Position numbers and translations under genes: made by a program | The notes under the pieces: model-generated | What the model saw: the letters and a program-made list of their open reading frames with translations, nothing else | Databases searched by the model: none | What the model was told of the DNA's origin: nothing | Assembly (NCBI GenBank): GCA_964572225.1 | Contig: CAZNFR010000010.1 | Coordinates: forward strand, 1 to 62,274 | Source of the DNA: an uncultured Bacteroidaceae bacterium | Lineage (GTDB): Bacteria > Bacteroidota > Bacteroidia > Bacteroidales > GCA-2748055 | Length of the DNA: 62,274 bases | Reading direction: 5' to 3' | Part shown: positions 39,712 to 50,700 of the stretch, piece after piece | Numbering within the stretch: position 1 is the stretch's first letter | Layout of the letters: the number at the start of each line of letters is the position of its first letter

Positions 39712-41958
39712 TCAAGTTTCACTGTTTTCTATAATGGAAATATCTTTTTCCTGATTGCATGAAACGAAAAGAGTATTGCTAAGGTTTTCATATCCTTCAA
39801 AGATTCTGGATCCTTCATTTCGAATCCGCTCATATCGGAAGCCAACAATGATCAAATCAGCATCCACCGACTTTTCCTTGATTATCTGGGTTTTCGATTG
39901 TGTATCCTCCATTGCGATGAGGTTTATATTTGCCGGAGAAATCGGGATCCGCCCTTCTTTAATTAGACCCATCAGATCCTGCCTTTTCCTGGCAAGATCA
40001 TCTTTTTGGTAAAGGGCGTTTATTTTAATATATCCGTTTCGCCATTCAGGATGGCCGAGAATAATGTAGCCCAACAGAATCATGAGATTTGCATTTTCAT
40101 AATCGCTTGACGTCAGCCAAATATGGATCTGTTGCTTATACCCAAATCCCTTAAAGGAAGTATGAAGAACGCATATATCAAATCCGGTGGAAAGCAAGAG
40201 ATTATGAGTTTTAAGAGCATCGTTCAGACTTTCAGGATGGGACTTTGAAAATTCAAATAAAATAAGATTGTTTCCTTTGCCCGAAATACCTGAAAGCTGA
40301 ATTACCTGCGCAATAGCAGAGGTGTAGGATGGACTGATGATGGTATCCAGGTACACCCTGCTTTTACTACCGGAAGCCAGGTTGATTAACCTCTCCAACA
40401 CTTCTTTGGATTCCCGGTTGGTTTTTTCCGAGAGAACTCCTTTAATAAAATGAATATAGGTACCAAACCCGTATTTAAAGGATATCCATCGTAATAGATC
40501 GAAGGCCGACCTTCTAATAAAAGTATCCTGGCTGACACAGATGGCAAAAGGCCTCCAGCTTTTATCCAGGTCTTCTTTATCTGCTCTTTGTGCAAAAATC
40601 TGGATCTGCCGGCTAAGTTGAAATATCACACCCCGGAAAAGTTTTTCCAATCCCTTTTTTTCAGGGCGGTAGGAAGTCACCATAAAATAAATGATGGACA
40701 TTATTACCAGTGACAGGATAGCGTAAGGCATATTCATTTTAAATATCAACCAGATAGAGAGTACTCCACCTATCAGAGAAAAGTACCATCTCGACTTAAA
40801 GGTTGGTCTGTAAGAAGGATCTGCAGCAAAATGTTCCAGCAGTGAAATCAGACATATTGCCCCATAAGTAACCATAAAGAACATGGATATTATCTGGGCC
40901 ACAAAATCAATATCCCCAATGGTGACGAAAAAAATTCCAATTACTACGGTTATCCAGGCTGAATTAACAGGCTCATTATCTTTCTGCTTACCTCTAGCAA
41001 GCCATCTGTTTATAAAGGTTGATGGAAAAATCTCATCCACACCAATGGCCTGTAGAGTGCGGGGTGCTACAATGATGGATCCGAGAGCTGAAGAAATCGA
41101 CGCTGCAGCAAGTCCAATAGGCACAATGGGTCCCCATATCGCAATTCTTTGCATAATAAGCTGATCATTTGCAAGGTCCTCCGGAGATGCAGAGATTGCT
41201 AATTTGTAGGTTATGATCACATAAACGAAAAAACCGACCACAGTTGCCCATAGAGTCCCCGTAGGTATGGATTTTGAAGGATCCTTAAGATCGCCTGAAA
41301 GACCCAGTCCAGCGGCGAGCCCGGTAAAAGCTGGAAAAATGATCGTAAAAACATAAAAGAATGGATCAGGAAAATCAACCCGGTTGGTGATCTCAAATGT
41401 AAGCCCTTCTTCTACGGGGTTACCTAACAATACAAAGATGATGGCGGTGAATAATATCACTACTACGACGTAAAGGGCCTTCATTCCAATATTTGCTCCC
41501 CGCGTAAGCATAAGGACAGAGAGGATAATCATGGTAGGTATACTGATGAACCTTTTATCAAACTCTGCAATGCCAAAGCGTTGGTTAAGCCAATCGATAA
41601 GTGGCTCAGCAGATTCACCAAACGCAATAACATAAAAGGAAACACTGATTGCCTGAGAAAGGAAAAGAGCAATGCCTATGGAGGCACCAATGTTTAAACC
41701 AAAGGAACGGGATATAATATAATAGGCCCCTCCTCCCTGTACCTTTTGATTTGTTGCAATTTCAGCAATTGCCATAGCAGTCGGGATGGTAACAAGATGC
41801 CCGAGGAAAATGATCATTAATGCCCCAAAGAAACCGTGATGACCCACCGCATATCCGAATCGTAAAAATAATATGGCACCGAGGATGGTCGAGATTGTGG
41901 TCATGAAGACCGGCATGGTGCCAAAGTTAGCCTTGCTGTTAACCAGCGAATTTGCCAT
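39712..41958 (-). CDS. APC-superfamily permease, cation-chloride cotransporter (SLC12/CCC)-like
   Basis: ILGAILFLRF, GGAYYIISRSFG, FPAFTG...SGDLKDPSKSIP.GT; long cytosolic C-terminal domain. Confidence 0.8.
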   Translation of the reverse strand: MANSLVNSKANFGTMPVFMTTISTILGAILFLRFGYAVGHHGFFGALMIIFLGHLVTIPTAMAIAEIATNQKVQGGGAYYIISRSFGLNIGASIGIALFLSQAISVSFYVIAFGESAEPLIDWLNQRFGIAEFDKRFISIPTMIILSVLMLTRGANIGMKALYVVVVILFTAIIFVLLGNPVEEGLTFEITNRVDFPDPFFYVFTIIFPAFTGLAAGLGLSGDLKDPSKSIPTGTLWATVVGFFVYVIITYKLAISASPEDLANDQLIMQRIAIWGPIVPIGLAAASISSALGSIIVAPRTLQAIGVDEIFPSTFINRWLARGKQKDNEPVNSAWITVVIGIFFVTIGDIDFVAQIISMFFMVTYGAICLISLLEHFAADPSYRPTFKSRWYFSLIGGVLSIWLIFKMNMPYAILSLVIMSIIYFMVTSYRPEKKGLEKLFRGVIFQLSRQIQIFAQRADKEDLDKSWRPFAICVSQDTFIRRSAFDLLRWISFKYGFGTYIHFIKGVLSEKTNRESKEVLERLINLASGSKSRVYLDTIISPSYTSAIAQVIQLSGISGKGNNLILFEFSKSHPESLNDALKTHNLLLSTGFDICVLHTSFKGFGYKQQIHIWLTSSDYENANLMILLGYIILGHPEWRNGYIKINALYQKDDLARKRQDLMGLIKEGRIPISPANINLIAMEDTQSKTQIIKEKSVDADLIIVGFRYERIRNEGSRIFEGYENLSNTLFVSCNQEKDISIIENSET

Positions 41959-42042
41959 ACATTCCTTGATTTATCGTTGGCCGATAATACGAAAAAAAAG
42001 TAAAACAGCCAACAGGGCTTGCAAAGGAGTGTGTACCCCGGT

Positions 42043-42576
42043 TTAATATAGTTTTACATCCACTCCTCCAAATACAACTCCTATCTCAAGGTAAAGGTGA
42101 GGCAGGGAGGGATCAAATCCGGGACTTTCATAACCTGTACTACCAAAAACCGCAGAATTACCGTTTGGCATATTAGCTCCCGAAAAAGCAGCGTCTACGC
42201 TGATCTTTACCGGAAGTTCACGTGGAATTATTATTTCTGATCCCCCAAATACCGTAATAATCTTGATCCGTGAAGGGTCCATGCCCGGCTGATAATCCCG
42301 AAAATCAAAGTTTCCCTGACCAAAGACAACATTATACTCTTTGCCTTCCTTAAATTCTTTGTAATGCCTCTCACCAAAAACGACATCATTTTCCCCACCC
42401 TTCATATTGAATCCTCCAAAACTTCCAAAAAGTAATCGGATACCCAGAAATATCAGAATGAACGCAAATAATATCTTAAGGACGGGGAAGTCAATGTTAA
42501 AGACAATCCTGAAAATAAAGCTTAAACCAAGGATGATTAATAATAACCCCCAGAAAAGAGCAGATCCCATTTTCAT
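42043..42576 (-). CDS. LiaF/DUF2154-like membrane protein
   Basis: Two N-terminal TMs and repeated VFG(G) beta motifs; likely start 42576. Confidence 0.7.
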   Translation of the reverse strand: MKMGSALFWGLLLIILGLSFIFRIVFNIDFPVLKILFAFILIFLGIRLLFGSFGGFNMKGGENDVVFGERHYKEFKEGKEYNVVFGQGNFDFRDYQPGMDPSRIKIITVFGGSEIIIPRELPVKISVDAAFSGANMPNGNSAVFGSTGYESPGFDPSLPHLYLEIGVVFGGVDVKLY

Positions 42577-42829
42577 AGTTTTTAGATTGTTAATCAAAAA
42601 TACGTAAATTTCCTTAGTTAAATCAAAAAAACAGAATCATCTATACGATTTAATCCACGGTTCATACTCCAGAGGGCTTCATTCATACAAAATCCGTGAG
42701 GCTTTATATATTTTCGACCTTTCTGCTTTTTTATTCCACAGTTGAATTATAAATTTGATTTAAATTAAATAAGCAAAGCGAAAACGACTTATTTACTACT
42801 ATTCGAGAAAACATTGAAATTTTGAAGAC

Positions 42830-42929
42830 TTAACCCTGATGGTTAAACCATCTCAATCTGAGATGGTATTATCCCCGCCCCAATACCTCCCTCTTAGTCC
42901 CGGGGGAGGTATACGGGACGGAGATATAC
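42830..42929 (-). other. Three consecutive hairpins in lon 3' region
   Basis: ~24-bp GC-rich stem (42866-42929), 9-bp stem (42847-42867), 6-bp stem (42830-42846). Confidence 0.6.
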
Positions 42930-45382
42930 TAGTTGATTTTAAGGGGTTTTTTTACCTTTTCCTTTAACAAAGCCTTTTCAAGTACTTGCATAATATTGTC
43001 CACATAATGGAAATTCAGACCTTGTCTGTAAATGTCTTTTATTTCCAATACATCTTTTTCGTTTTCCCTGGACATTATGATATCCCTGATACCGGCCCTG
43101 CGGGCAGCCAGTATTTTTTCCTTGATTCCGCCAACCGGCAATAGTTTACCCCGAAGTGTGATTTCACCGGTCATGGCAAGGTTTTGCCTGACTTTTCTTT
43201 GTGTAAAGGCTGAAGCGATGGAAGAGATCATGGTAATACCGGCAGATGGTCCGTCTTTCGGAATGGCACCTTCAGGAATGTGAATATGTACATTCCAGTT
43301 GCTGAAAACTTCGGGTTCGAGAGCCAGCAGACCCGAATGAGATTTCAGATACTCCAACGCGATCACTGCCGATTCTTTCATAACATCACCCAGGTTACCC
43401 GTTAAAGTCAGATTTCCTTTTCCTTTACTTAGACTTGTTTCGACAAAAAGGATTTCCCCCCCAACTGCAGTCCATGCAAGTCCGGTCACAACTCCGGCTG
43501 TCTGGTTGTCTTCATATCTGTCTTTGGTAAATCTGGGAACCCCGAGAATTTCCTGAATTGCATTGGTATCAATGCTTCCCGGAAAGCTGTCTTCGAATGC
43601 CAGCTTTTTCGCCACTGATCTGGCTATTTTTGCAATCTGTTTATCCAATTGCCGAACTCCGGATTCCCGTGTATAGGACTCAACGATCTTTTCAAGGCTG
43701 CGTTTGGGGAACTTTAGTTGAGACTTTTTAAGGCCATGATTTTCGAGTTGTTTAGGGATAAGGTGTTTTTTTGCAATTTCTACCTTTTCCTCAACCAGAT
43801 ATCCGGTTACATCAATTACCTCCATCCTGTCTAGAAGAGCAGGGTGGATGGACCCGGTTGTATTTGCCGTAGCCACAAACATAACTCTGGACAGGTCAAA
43901 ATCAAGCTCCAGGTAATTATCGTGAAAATTTGAATTTTGTTCCGGATCTAAAACCTCCAGCAGAGCCGAAGCTGGATCCCCATGGAGGTCGCGTCCAACC
44001 TTATCAATCTCATCCAGAACAAAAACCGGATTTGCGGATTTGGCTTTTTTAAGATTTTGGATGATTCGTCCCGGCATTGCACCTATATAGGTTTTTCTGT
44101 GTCCCCTTATTTCTGCCTCATCATGAAGTCCGCCAAGAGAAACACGCACATATTTTCGATTTAATGCCGAAGCGATGGATTTTCCGAGCGATGTTTTTCC
44201 AACCCCCGGGGGACCTACCAAACATAGGATCGGAGATTTCATATCCCCTTTTAGTTTTAGTACTGCCAGATGTTCCAGTATTCTCTCTTTTACCTTCTCA
44301 AGACCGAAGTGATCCCTGTCCAGGATTTTCTCTGCCCGTTTAAGGTTGAAATTATCTTTGGTATATTCATTCCAGGGCACATCCAGCAGAGTCTGAATAT
44401 AATTTATCTGCACAGAATACTCGCCTGTTGCAGGATTTAGGCGAAGAAGTTTATCGAGTTCCTTCTGGAAATACCCATCAACTTCCTTGCTCCAATTCTT
44501 TTTTTCTGCCCTTTTTCTATATTCATTTATCTCCTGTTCCATGGGATTTCCACCCAGCTCGTCCTGAATGGTTTTCATTTGCTGGTGAAGAAGGTATTCA
44601 CGCTGCTGCTGATCAAGGTCATGCTTTACTTTTGACTGTATATCATTTTTTAGTTCCAGCATTTGTACTTCCTTGGAAAGGTATTCAAGCAATCTGATCC
44701 CCCTTTGCCGTAAATTATCTATTTCCAGCAATTTTTGTTTGTCTGCATGGGGCATGTCATTATTGGAAGAAAGAAAATTAATAAGGAAAGACGGACTTTC
44801 GATATTCTTGACTGCAAATGTCGCCTCAGGTGGAATATTGGAAGATAGTTTGATAATTTTCATCGAAAGGTCCTTTAATGAACCTATGATGGCATTTAAT
44901 TCATCCCGGTTATCGGGCATAAGATCTTCCAATACTTCAATTCTTGCAACCAGATAAGGCTTGTCCGATACCAGCTCATCTATCTCAAATCTTTTTTTTC
45001 CCTGGATAATAACCGAAGTTGATCCATCAGGCATTTCGAGAATCTTAAGTATTTGAGCTACAGTTCCTTTCCGGAAAAGGTCTGCAACATCCGGATCTTC
45101 CTGATCCGGATCCTTTTGAGCAATTGCCCCCAGTATTTTATTTTTCTGATAAACCTCATTAATGAGTTTCAGAGATTTTTCCCTGCCCACTGTAATGGGA
45201 ATAACCACACCCGGAAAAAGAACTGTATTCTTTAAGGGTAAGATCGGTAGAATATCCGGGACATTTATACTTATGGAATCATCCGTTTCATCACTGGATA
45301 AAATGGGAATGAATTCTGCCTCTTCATCAACTCTCTCTGCGGAAAAAAAATTTCTGAATTCCAATTTTTCGTCTTTTTTCAT
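42929..45382 (-). CDS. lon: Endopeptidase La (Lon)
   Basis: LON N-domain, [23 protein letters not shown] catalytic Ser, GGIKEK. Confidence 0.98.
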   Translation of the reverse strand: MKKDEKLEFRNFFSAERVDEEAEFIPILSSDETDDSISINVPDILPILPLKNTVLFPGVVIPITVGREKSLKLINEVYQKNKILGAIAQKDPDQEDPDVADLFRKGTVAQILKILEMPDGSTSVIIQGKKRFEIDELVSDKPYLVARIEVLEDLMPDNRDELNAIIGSLKDLSMKIIKLSSNIPPEATFAVKNIESPSFLINFLSSNNDMPHADKQKLLEIDNLRQRGIRLLEYLSKEVQMLELKNDIQSKVKHDLDQQQREYLLHQQMKTIQDELGGNPMEQEINEYRKRAEKKNWSKEVDGYFQKELDKLLRLNPATGEYSVQINYIQTLLDVPWNEYTKDNFNLKRAEKILDRDHFGLEKVKERILEHLAVLKLKGDMKSPILCLVGPPGVGKTSLGKSIASALNRKYVRVSLGGLHDEAEIRGHRKTYIGAMPGRIIQNLKKAKSANPVFVLDEIDKVGRDLHGDPASALLEVLDPEQNSNFHDNYLELDFDLSRVMFVATANTTGSIHPALLDRMEVIDVTGYLVEEKVEIAKKHLIPKQLENHGLKKSQLKFPKRSLEKIVESYTRESGVRQLDKQIAKIARSVAKKLAFEDSFPGSIDTNAIQEILGVPRFTKDRYEDNQTAGVVTGLAWTAVGGEILFVETSLSKGKGNLTLTGNLGDVMKESAVIALEYLKSHSGLLALEPEVFSNWNVHIHIPEGAIPKDGPSAGITMISSIASAFTQRKVRQNLAMTGEITLRGKLLPVGGIKEKILAARRAGIRDIIMSRENEKDVLEIKDIYRQGLNFHYVDNIMQVLEKALLKEKVKKPLKIN

Positions 45383-45454
45383 AAATGATCAATCTACTGA
45401 CAAATAGTCCGACTTATGGCAAATTGATTGCCTTTTATACTTCGCCTATCAAGG

Positions 45455-45470
45455 GTCAACTCCTGTGCCA
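45455..45470 (-). promoter_or_regulatory. Putative sigma54 (-24/-12) promoter upstream of lon
   Basis: Minus strand TGGCACA-GGAG-TTGAC, ~70 nt upstream of ATG. Confidence 0.55.
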
Positions 45471-45493
45471 AAGTTGGGATATATCCCCGGGTT

Positions 45494-46678
45494 TCACTTC
45501 CTGTATTTCCGGGTTTGCTCAAAAACCGATGAAAGGATATCTTTTTCAATTTGATTTAACGCGATATTTCTGCGGCTCATAACCTTTTCAGCAACCTCAA
45601 ACGCCTTCTTCAGAGTAAAAACAGTGAATCCATGTGGCCCTCCCCAGCTAAAACTGGGAATAAAATTACGCGGAAAACCAGAACCATAAATATTGGCGTT
45701 TACCCCAACTACGGTACCTGTGTTGAACATGGTATTTATCCCACACTTGGAATGGTCGCCCATAATTAATCCGCAGAACTGCAAACCAGTGCTTTCAAAA
45801 TGCTCCCGGGAATAATTCCAAAGTTTTACCTCGGCATAATTGTTTTTGAGGTTGGAATTGTTGGTATCGGCCCCCAGGTTGCACCACTCACCAATTACCG
45901 AATTCCCCAGGAATCCGTCGTGGGCTTTATTTGAATATCCCAGAAATACAGAGTTGTTCACTTCTCCTCCCACCTTACAATGCGGCCCGATGGTAGTGGG
46001 ACCATATATTTTTGCCCCCATTTTCAATGTACTTTTGTTGAGAATGGCAAAAGGACCCCGTATCATGCACCCTTCCATGATTTCCGTCTCTTTCCCAATG
46101 TAAACCGGACCCGTTGTAGTATTAATGACCGAGGCTTCCACCCTGGCTCCGGGCTCAATAAAAATCAGGTCTCCAAGCAATTTGTTTGTTTTGCTTAAGT
46201 ATTCAGTAGATCGTCCCTGGGTAATCCTGTCAAAATCTGATTCTATTTCCTGACCATTTTGACTGAAAATTTCCCAAGGATGGTTAAGAAAGCGGGCTTC
46301 TGAATCCTCAAACTTAATTTGGTCCGGGAGAGAACCGGAAAAGGGATTAAACTCCTTAAGCTGTTGCATATTTGCCCGTAAGGCGATCATTCTACCCTCA
46401 AAATGAAGCCCATGCCCCAGTTCTAGGCTTTTGATCTTTTTAATCATTACATCCTCTGGGATGAGAGCAGTGTTAATCAGAAAGTTATCCCCGGATTCTT
46501 TCATCGGGAACTTAGGCTGGAGGTAATCTGCAGTTAACCAGCTGGCTTCGGTATTTAAAATTTTCTCCCATTTTTCCCTGAGGGTCAGGATGCCTATTCT
46601 TATTTCGGAAACAGGCCGGGTAAAGGCTAATGGAAGCAGATCTGATCTTGTTAAATCATCAAAAAGTATAAGGTTCAT
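45494..46678 (-). CDS. GlmU-family putative sugar nucleotidyl/acyltransferase
   Basis: LLPLAFTRPV...RIGILT.REKW N-terminus; hexapeptide region; NKAHDGFLG, NLGADTN.SNLKN. Confidence 0.85.
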   Translation of the reverse strand: MNLILFDDLTRSDLLPLAFTRPVSEIRIGILTLREKWEKILNTEASWLTADYLQPKFPMKESGDNFLINTALIPEDVMIKKIKSLELGHGLHFEGRMIALRANMQQLKEFNPFSGSLPDQIKFEDSEARFLNHPWEIFSQNGQEIESDFDRITQGRSTEYLSKTNKLLGDLIFIEPGARVEASVINTTTGPVYIGKETEIMEGCMIRGPFAILNKSTLKMGAKIYGPTTIGPHCKVGGEVNNSVFLGYSNKAHDGFLGNSVIGEWCNLGADTNNSNLKNNYAEVKLWNYSREHFESTGLQFCGLIMGDHSKCGINTMFNTGTVVGVNANIYGSGFPRNFIPSFSWGGPHGFTVFTLKKAFEVAEKVMSRRNIALNQIEKDILSSVFEQTRKYRK

Positions 46679-46702
46679 TTAGGTTTTTCTTCAAAAATAA
46701 AC

Positions 46703-46733
46703 AAAAAAACTCCGATAATGTCAATTACCGGAG
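46703..46733 (-). terminator. Intrinsic terminator after L31 gene
   Basis: Minus strand ctccggtaat-tgac-attatcggag followed by T7. Confidence 0.8.
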
Positions 46734-46757
46734 CTCATAAGAGGTTTAAGTAAAACC

Positions 46758-47027
46758 TTATTTTTTATTCTTTTTGTCGAAATGACTCTTGTAGCGGTTC
46801 ATGAATTTGTCAACCCTTCCTGCAGTGTCTACCAGCTTCATCTTACCGGTATAGAAAGGATGAGATTCCGATGATATTTCGAGTTTGATCAGGGGATACT
46901 CCTTTCCATCGTCCAGTTTTATTTTTTCTTTGGATGGAGCGGTTGATCGGGTTACGAAAGTAAAACCGTTGGACATATCCTTGAATGCAACTAATCTGTA
47001 GTTATCAGGGTGAATTTCTTTCTTCAT
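46758..47027 (-). CDS. rpmE2: 50S ribosomal protein L31 type B (Zn-independent)
   Basis: [35 protein letters not shown]; no Cys. Confidence 0.95.
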   Translation of the reverse strand: MKKEIHPDNYRLVAFKDMSNGFTFVTRSTAPSKEKIKLDDGKEYPLIKLEISSESHPFYTGKMKLVDTAGRVDKFMNRYKSHFDKKNKK

Positions 47028-47159
47028 TTTATTTGTTTTATAATCTCATTCAATCAAACCTCAGTAATTAAACCTGTATTTCGAATAATACAAAAGGCTT
47101 TAAACCAAACTCCCACAATATTCTTATTGAAACAAGAAAAGGTTTTTTATTGCGGACTG

Positions 47160-47167
47160 CAAAAGTA
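47160..47167 (-). promoter_or_regulatory. sigma-A -7 element upstream of L31 gene
   Basis: TACTTTTG on minus strand, ~130 nt upstream of start. Confidence 0.5.
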
Positions 47168-47243
47168 TATAAGAAAGACGTAATTAGCAAAACTATTCAA
47201 AGAAAATTTATTCAGCCTGAGTAATTATTTATATAGTTCGAGC

Positions 47244-48449
47244 CTAGACCTTTTCCCTATCAGGTTCGGGTAATTTTTCTCCTTTAACTTTTTCGGGCAT
47301 AAATCTTTCAAAGGGTATGGTTGGATCGAGCATGAACCGGCAGGTATGATGAATTTTAGCCATTTTTCCGCCTACATTCTGGTATAAAGCCAGCATTCTG
47401 GGATTAAAGTCCCCCACCCAGGAGAGTTCTATTTCCTTATACCATTTTTTGTATTTCATTTTTTCATTCATATGCCAAAAAATCCCAGATTCAATTCCTG
47501 AGTTTTGAAATTTTGGAATGATACCTGCAACCTGTGCTCTGATGCGGGTTACCTTATGGGTTTTTTTGAAATACAGAAACTTCAAAATATTCCAAAAAGT
47601 GAGCCGTCCATCCAACTTTTTAAGGATTTGGTTGGCATCCGGGAACATAATGAAAAACCCGATGGGCTCATCCTTGTGGTAGGCGAACCATATCATTTCA
47701 GGATCAAGGATTGGGCGTGCTTTTTTAAGTCCAGCCTGAACAGTGGCGAAATCGAGGGGAGTGAAATCCTCTTTAAAAGCAGACCAGGCATTATTATAAA
47801 TGTGAATAACATCCCGGATATATTTCTGTTTGTCTTTCCAGGTAAAATGCCGGAAATGGTAATCCGGCTTTTTGCTCACCCATTCTGCAATTTTCCAGAA
47901 GCGTTCAGGGAAAGGCTTCGTCAGGTCCAGATGATAGGAATATTGTTTAAAGAAAATTTTAAATCCGTAATCTTCAAAAAGGTCTTTGTAGTATGGAAAG
48001 TTGTAAGGCATGCCAAAACCGGGATGACAGAAACCTTCTACAAGAAGGCCCCAATTACTGTCATTTTCCCCAAAATTGACGGGTGCGTCCATAGCCATTA
48101 AGCCTTTTTCTTTCAGAAATTCCGCTGCCTTGTCGAAAAGGATAAAGGCAGCCTGGCGGTCGTTAACGCATTCGAAATGTCCTGCTCCGCCTGAAGGGAC
48201 TTTCTCCGCATTGGCCTTCCGGGTGTTATAAAATGCAGATATTCTTCCTATGGGTTTGTTCAGGTCTGATAACAATACCCATCTCCTGGCCTCACCCTCT
48301 GCGAAGAATTTGTTCTTTTCAGGATCGAATTGTTCACGAATAGCTGAATCCAAAGGGCAAACCCAGAAAGGGTCGTTTTTATACAAAATTTTCGGAACGG
48401 ATATAAAGAGTTTTTCGGTTTTTGGATCGGTAACTTCAATTAGGTGCAT
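47244..48449 (-). CDS. GNAT-fold N-acyltransferase-like protein (YghO-like)
   Basis: LYK.DP.WV.PL, GRISAF, G.FEC, GLLVEGF, MPYN.PYY, ELSWV.DFN. Confidence 0.7.
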   Translation of the reverse strand: MHLIEVTDPKTEKLFISVPKILYKNDPFWVCPLDSAIREQFDPEKNKFFAEGEARRWVLLSDLNKPIGRISAFYNTRKANAEKVPSGGAGHFECVNDRQAAFILFDKAAEFLKEKGLMAMDAPVNFGENDSNWGLLVEGFCHPGFGMPYNFPYYKDLFEDYGFKIFFKQYSYHLDLTKPFPERFWKIAEWVSKKPDYHFRHFTWKDKQKYIRDVIHIYNNAWSAFKEDFTPLDFATVQAGLKKARPILDPEMIWFAYHKDEPIGFFIMFPDANQILKKLDGRLTFWNILKFLYFKKTHKVTRIRAQVAGIIPKFQNSGIESGIFWHMNEKMKYKKWYKEIELSWVGDFNPRMLALYQNVGGKMAKIHHTCRFMLDPTIPFERFMPEKVKGEKLPEPDREKV

Positions 48450-48459
48450 GGGTTTGGGT

Positions 48460-49938
48460 TTAAGATAATGTAAACCACCGTCTGATTATTTGCCTGTCAA
48501 TGTCTGATTCCTGCAGGCTTTGATGAATAAATTCATTTTTCCTACTTAAATATACATATTCTTTGGACCATTCCTGGTAATTCTGAACTATTTCTTTTAC
48601 CGCTGAAGTGAAATAATACACTTCCTGTTCAGTCATGGTAGGATGCAGGGACCATCGTACCCAACCTGGTTTTTGGGAAAGATCTCCATGGTTTATCAAA
48701 TCGGTTATATACCTTGATTTTTCATAACTAACCTGGAGAAGGAAATGGCCATAGGTTCCTGCACATGCACAGCCCCCTCTTACCTGTATTCCGTATCGGT
48801 CATTCAGAAATTTGACCATTAGGTTGAAATGAATGTTTTTGTGGTAAAACGAAATAACACCCAGTCTTTCTTCCGTTTCGTCGGCAAGGATCTTTATTCC
48901 TTTAATGGATCTGAGTTCACGAAAGGCAATACTTAATAACTCCTTTTCCCTTGAAAGGATATTCTGGACGCCCATCTTTTCTTTTAGCTCAATCGCAAGT
49001 GCTGCCTTAATCGCTTCCAGAAATCCGGGTGTACCCCCATCTTCTCTTGCCTCAATATCATCCACATATTTGTATTTTCCCCACGCATTTGTCCAATCTA
49101 CCGTTCCGCCTCCCGGATTATCAGGCACAGGTGAATTATACATGGCCGAATCAAAGATAAGCACTCCGGAGGATCCGGGGCCTCCCAAAAACTTGTGAGG
49201 TGAGAAAAAAATCGCATCCAGCTTTTCCATGGGATCATCCGGATTCATATTGATGTCCTCATAAGGAGCTGAGGCTGCAAAATCCACAAAACATAATCCC
49301 CCATGCTCATGCATAATCCGGGCCAGCCTGTGGTAAGGGGTTCGAATGCCGGTAACATTTGAGCAGGCCGTAAACGATCCTATCTTAAACTCCCGGTCTT
49401 TATATTTTGAAAGTTCTTTTTCCAGATTTTCCGGATCAACATGTAAGTTTTTATCGGGTTTCAAAACCACCACATCTGCCAGAGTTTCATACCATGAAGT
49501 ATGATTGGAATGATGCTCCATGTGGGTTACAAAAACCACAGGTCTGTTTTTCTTTTTCATGCAGTCGCGGTTAAAATGACTGCCACATCCTTTCAGGCTC
49601 AAGATTCTCTGAAATTTATTCACAACAGAGGTCATTCCGAAACCGGCAGTAATGATCACATCGCTTTTACTTGCATTTACATGTTTTTTAATGTATTGAT
49701 GTGCATACTGATAACTTAAGGTCATCAGGCTTCCGGTAGTACTGGTCTCTGTGTGTGTATTTGCCACAAAAGGGCCAAATTCATGAGTCAGCTTTTCTTC
49801 AATAGGTTTATACAGACGCCCTGAAGCGATCCAGTCTGCATAGAGAATTCTTTTTGTACCAAAGGGAGTATTAAATTGAGAATCAATCCCAATTATGTTT
49901 TCTCTGAACTTGGCAAAATATTTCTCCAGATCTGTCAT
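48460..49938 (-). CDS. Class V PLP-dependent aminotransferase (cysteine desulfurase-like)
   Basis: YADW.ASGR, ANTHTE, EHHSN, DFAAS, SPHKF PLP lysine, RGGCACAG. Confidence 0.88.
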   Translation of the reverse strand: MTDLEKYFAKFRENIIGIDSQFNTPFGTKRILYADWIASGRLYKPIEEKLTHEFGPFVANTHTETSTTGSLMTLSYQYAHQYIKKHVNASKSDVIITAGFGMTSVVNKFQRILSLKGCGSHFNRDCMKKKNRPVVFVTHMEHHSNHTSWYETLADVVVLKPDKNLHVDPENLEKELSKYKDREFKIGSFTACSNVTGIRTPYHRLARIMHEHGGLCFVDFAASAPYEDINMNPDDPMEKLDAIFFSPHKFLGGPGSSGVLIFDSAMYNSPVPDNPGGGTVDWTNAWGKYKYVDDIEAREDGGTPGFLEAIKAALAIELKEKMGVQNILSREKELLSIAFRELRSIKGIKILADETEERLGVISFYHKNIHFNLMVKFLNDRYGIQVRGGCACAGTYGHFLLQVSYEKSRYITDLINHGDLSQKPGWVRWSLHPTMTEQEVYYFTSAVKEIVQNYQEWSKEYVYLSRKNEFIHQSLQESDIDRQIIRRWFTLS

Positions 49939-49950
49939 TCAGTATGCTTC

Positions 49951-50700
49951 TTAATTCCTGCTGGAAAGCTTGGATAGAAGCCTAAGGAATTCGATATATA
50001 ACCAGATTAGGGTTACCATCAATCCAAAGGCACCGTACCATTCCATATATTTTGGTGCACCCGATTGGGAGCCTCTTTCGATAAAATCAAAATCCAGAAT
50101 GAGATTCAAGGCTGCAACGACAATTACTACCAGGCTGATCAATATGCCCACCGGGCCATTGCTGTGAATAAAACCAATATTAATTCCGAAAAGAGATAAT
50201 ACAAAAGACATCAGATATACCAGTGCAATTCCACCCGTTGCCGCAAAAACACCCAAACGAAATTTTTGGGTTACTTTAATCATACCTGTACGGTAAATAA
50301 ATAATAAGGCAAAGGTAGTTCCGAAGGTAAGCGCCACCGCATTGACCACGATCCCAGGATATTGTGCATTAAAAACGGCAGAAATTCCGCCCAGGAATAG
50401 CCCCTGCAATACAGCATATATTGGAGCAGTATAAGGAGAAAGATTCATCCTGAAAACCGTTACCAGTGCAGTTATAAATCCCCCAATCCCCCCTACAAGC
50501 ATGTAGGTCTGAAGGGCGGCAGTATTTCCTTCACCCATAAAGCTCCAGGTATAGGATGCCGCTACAACTACCAGCAAGAGCATTAAAAAAACTTTGTTTA
50601 CCGTTCCCCGAATCGTCATCACTCCGCTCCCGGAATCTGTCGAAACCCTGGAAAAGATGCTATTATTTAAAACCGGGTTTGCTGATCTGCTAATGTTCAT
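49951..50700 (-). CDS. Bax inhibitor-1/YccA-family membrane protein
   Basis: MT..GTVNK, LDFDFIE.G...GAPKYMEWY.AFGL.VTL.WLY.E; start 50700. Confidence 0.88.
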   Translation of the reverse strand: MNISRSANPVLNNSIFSRVSTDSGSGVMTIRGTVNKVFLMLLLVVVAASYTWSFMGEGNTAALQTYMLVGGIGGFITALVTVFRMNLSPYTAPIYAVLQGLFLGGISAVFNAQYPGIVVNAVALTFGTTFALLFIYRTGMIKVTQKFRLGVFAATGGIALVYLMSFVLSLFGINIGFIHSNGPVGILISLVVIVVAALNLILDFDFIERGSQSGAPKYMEWYGAFGLMVTLIWLYIEFLRLLSKLSSRN

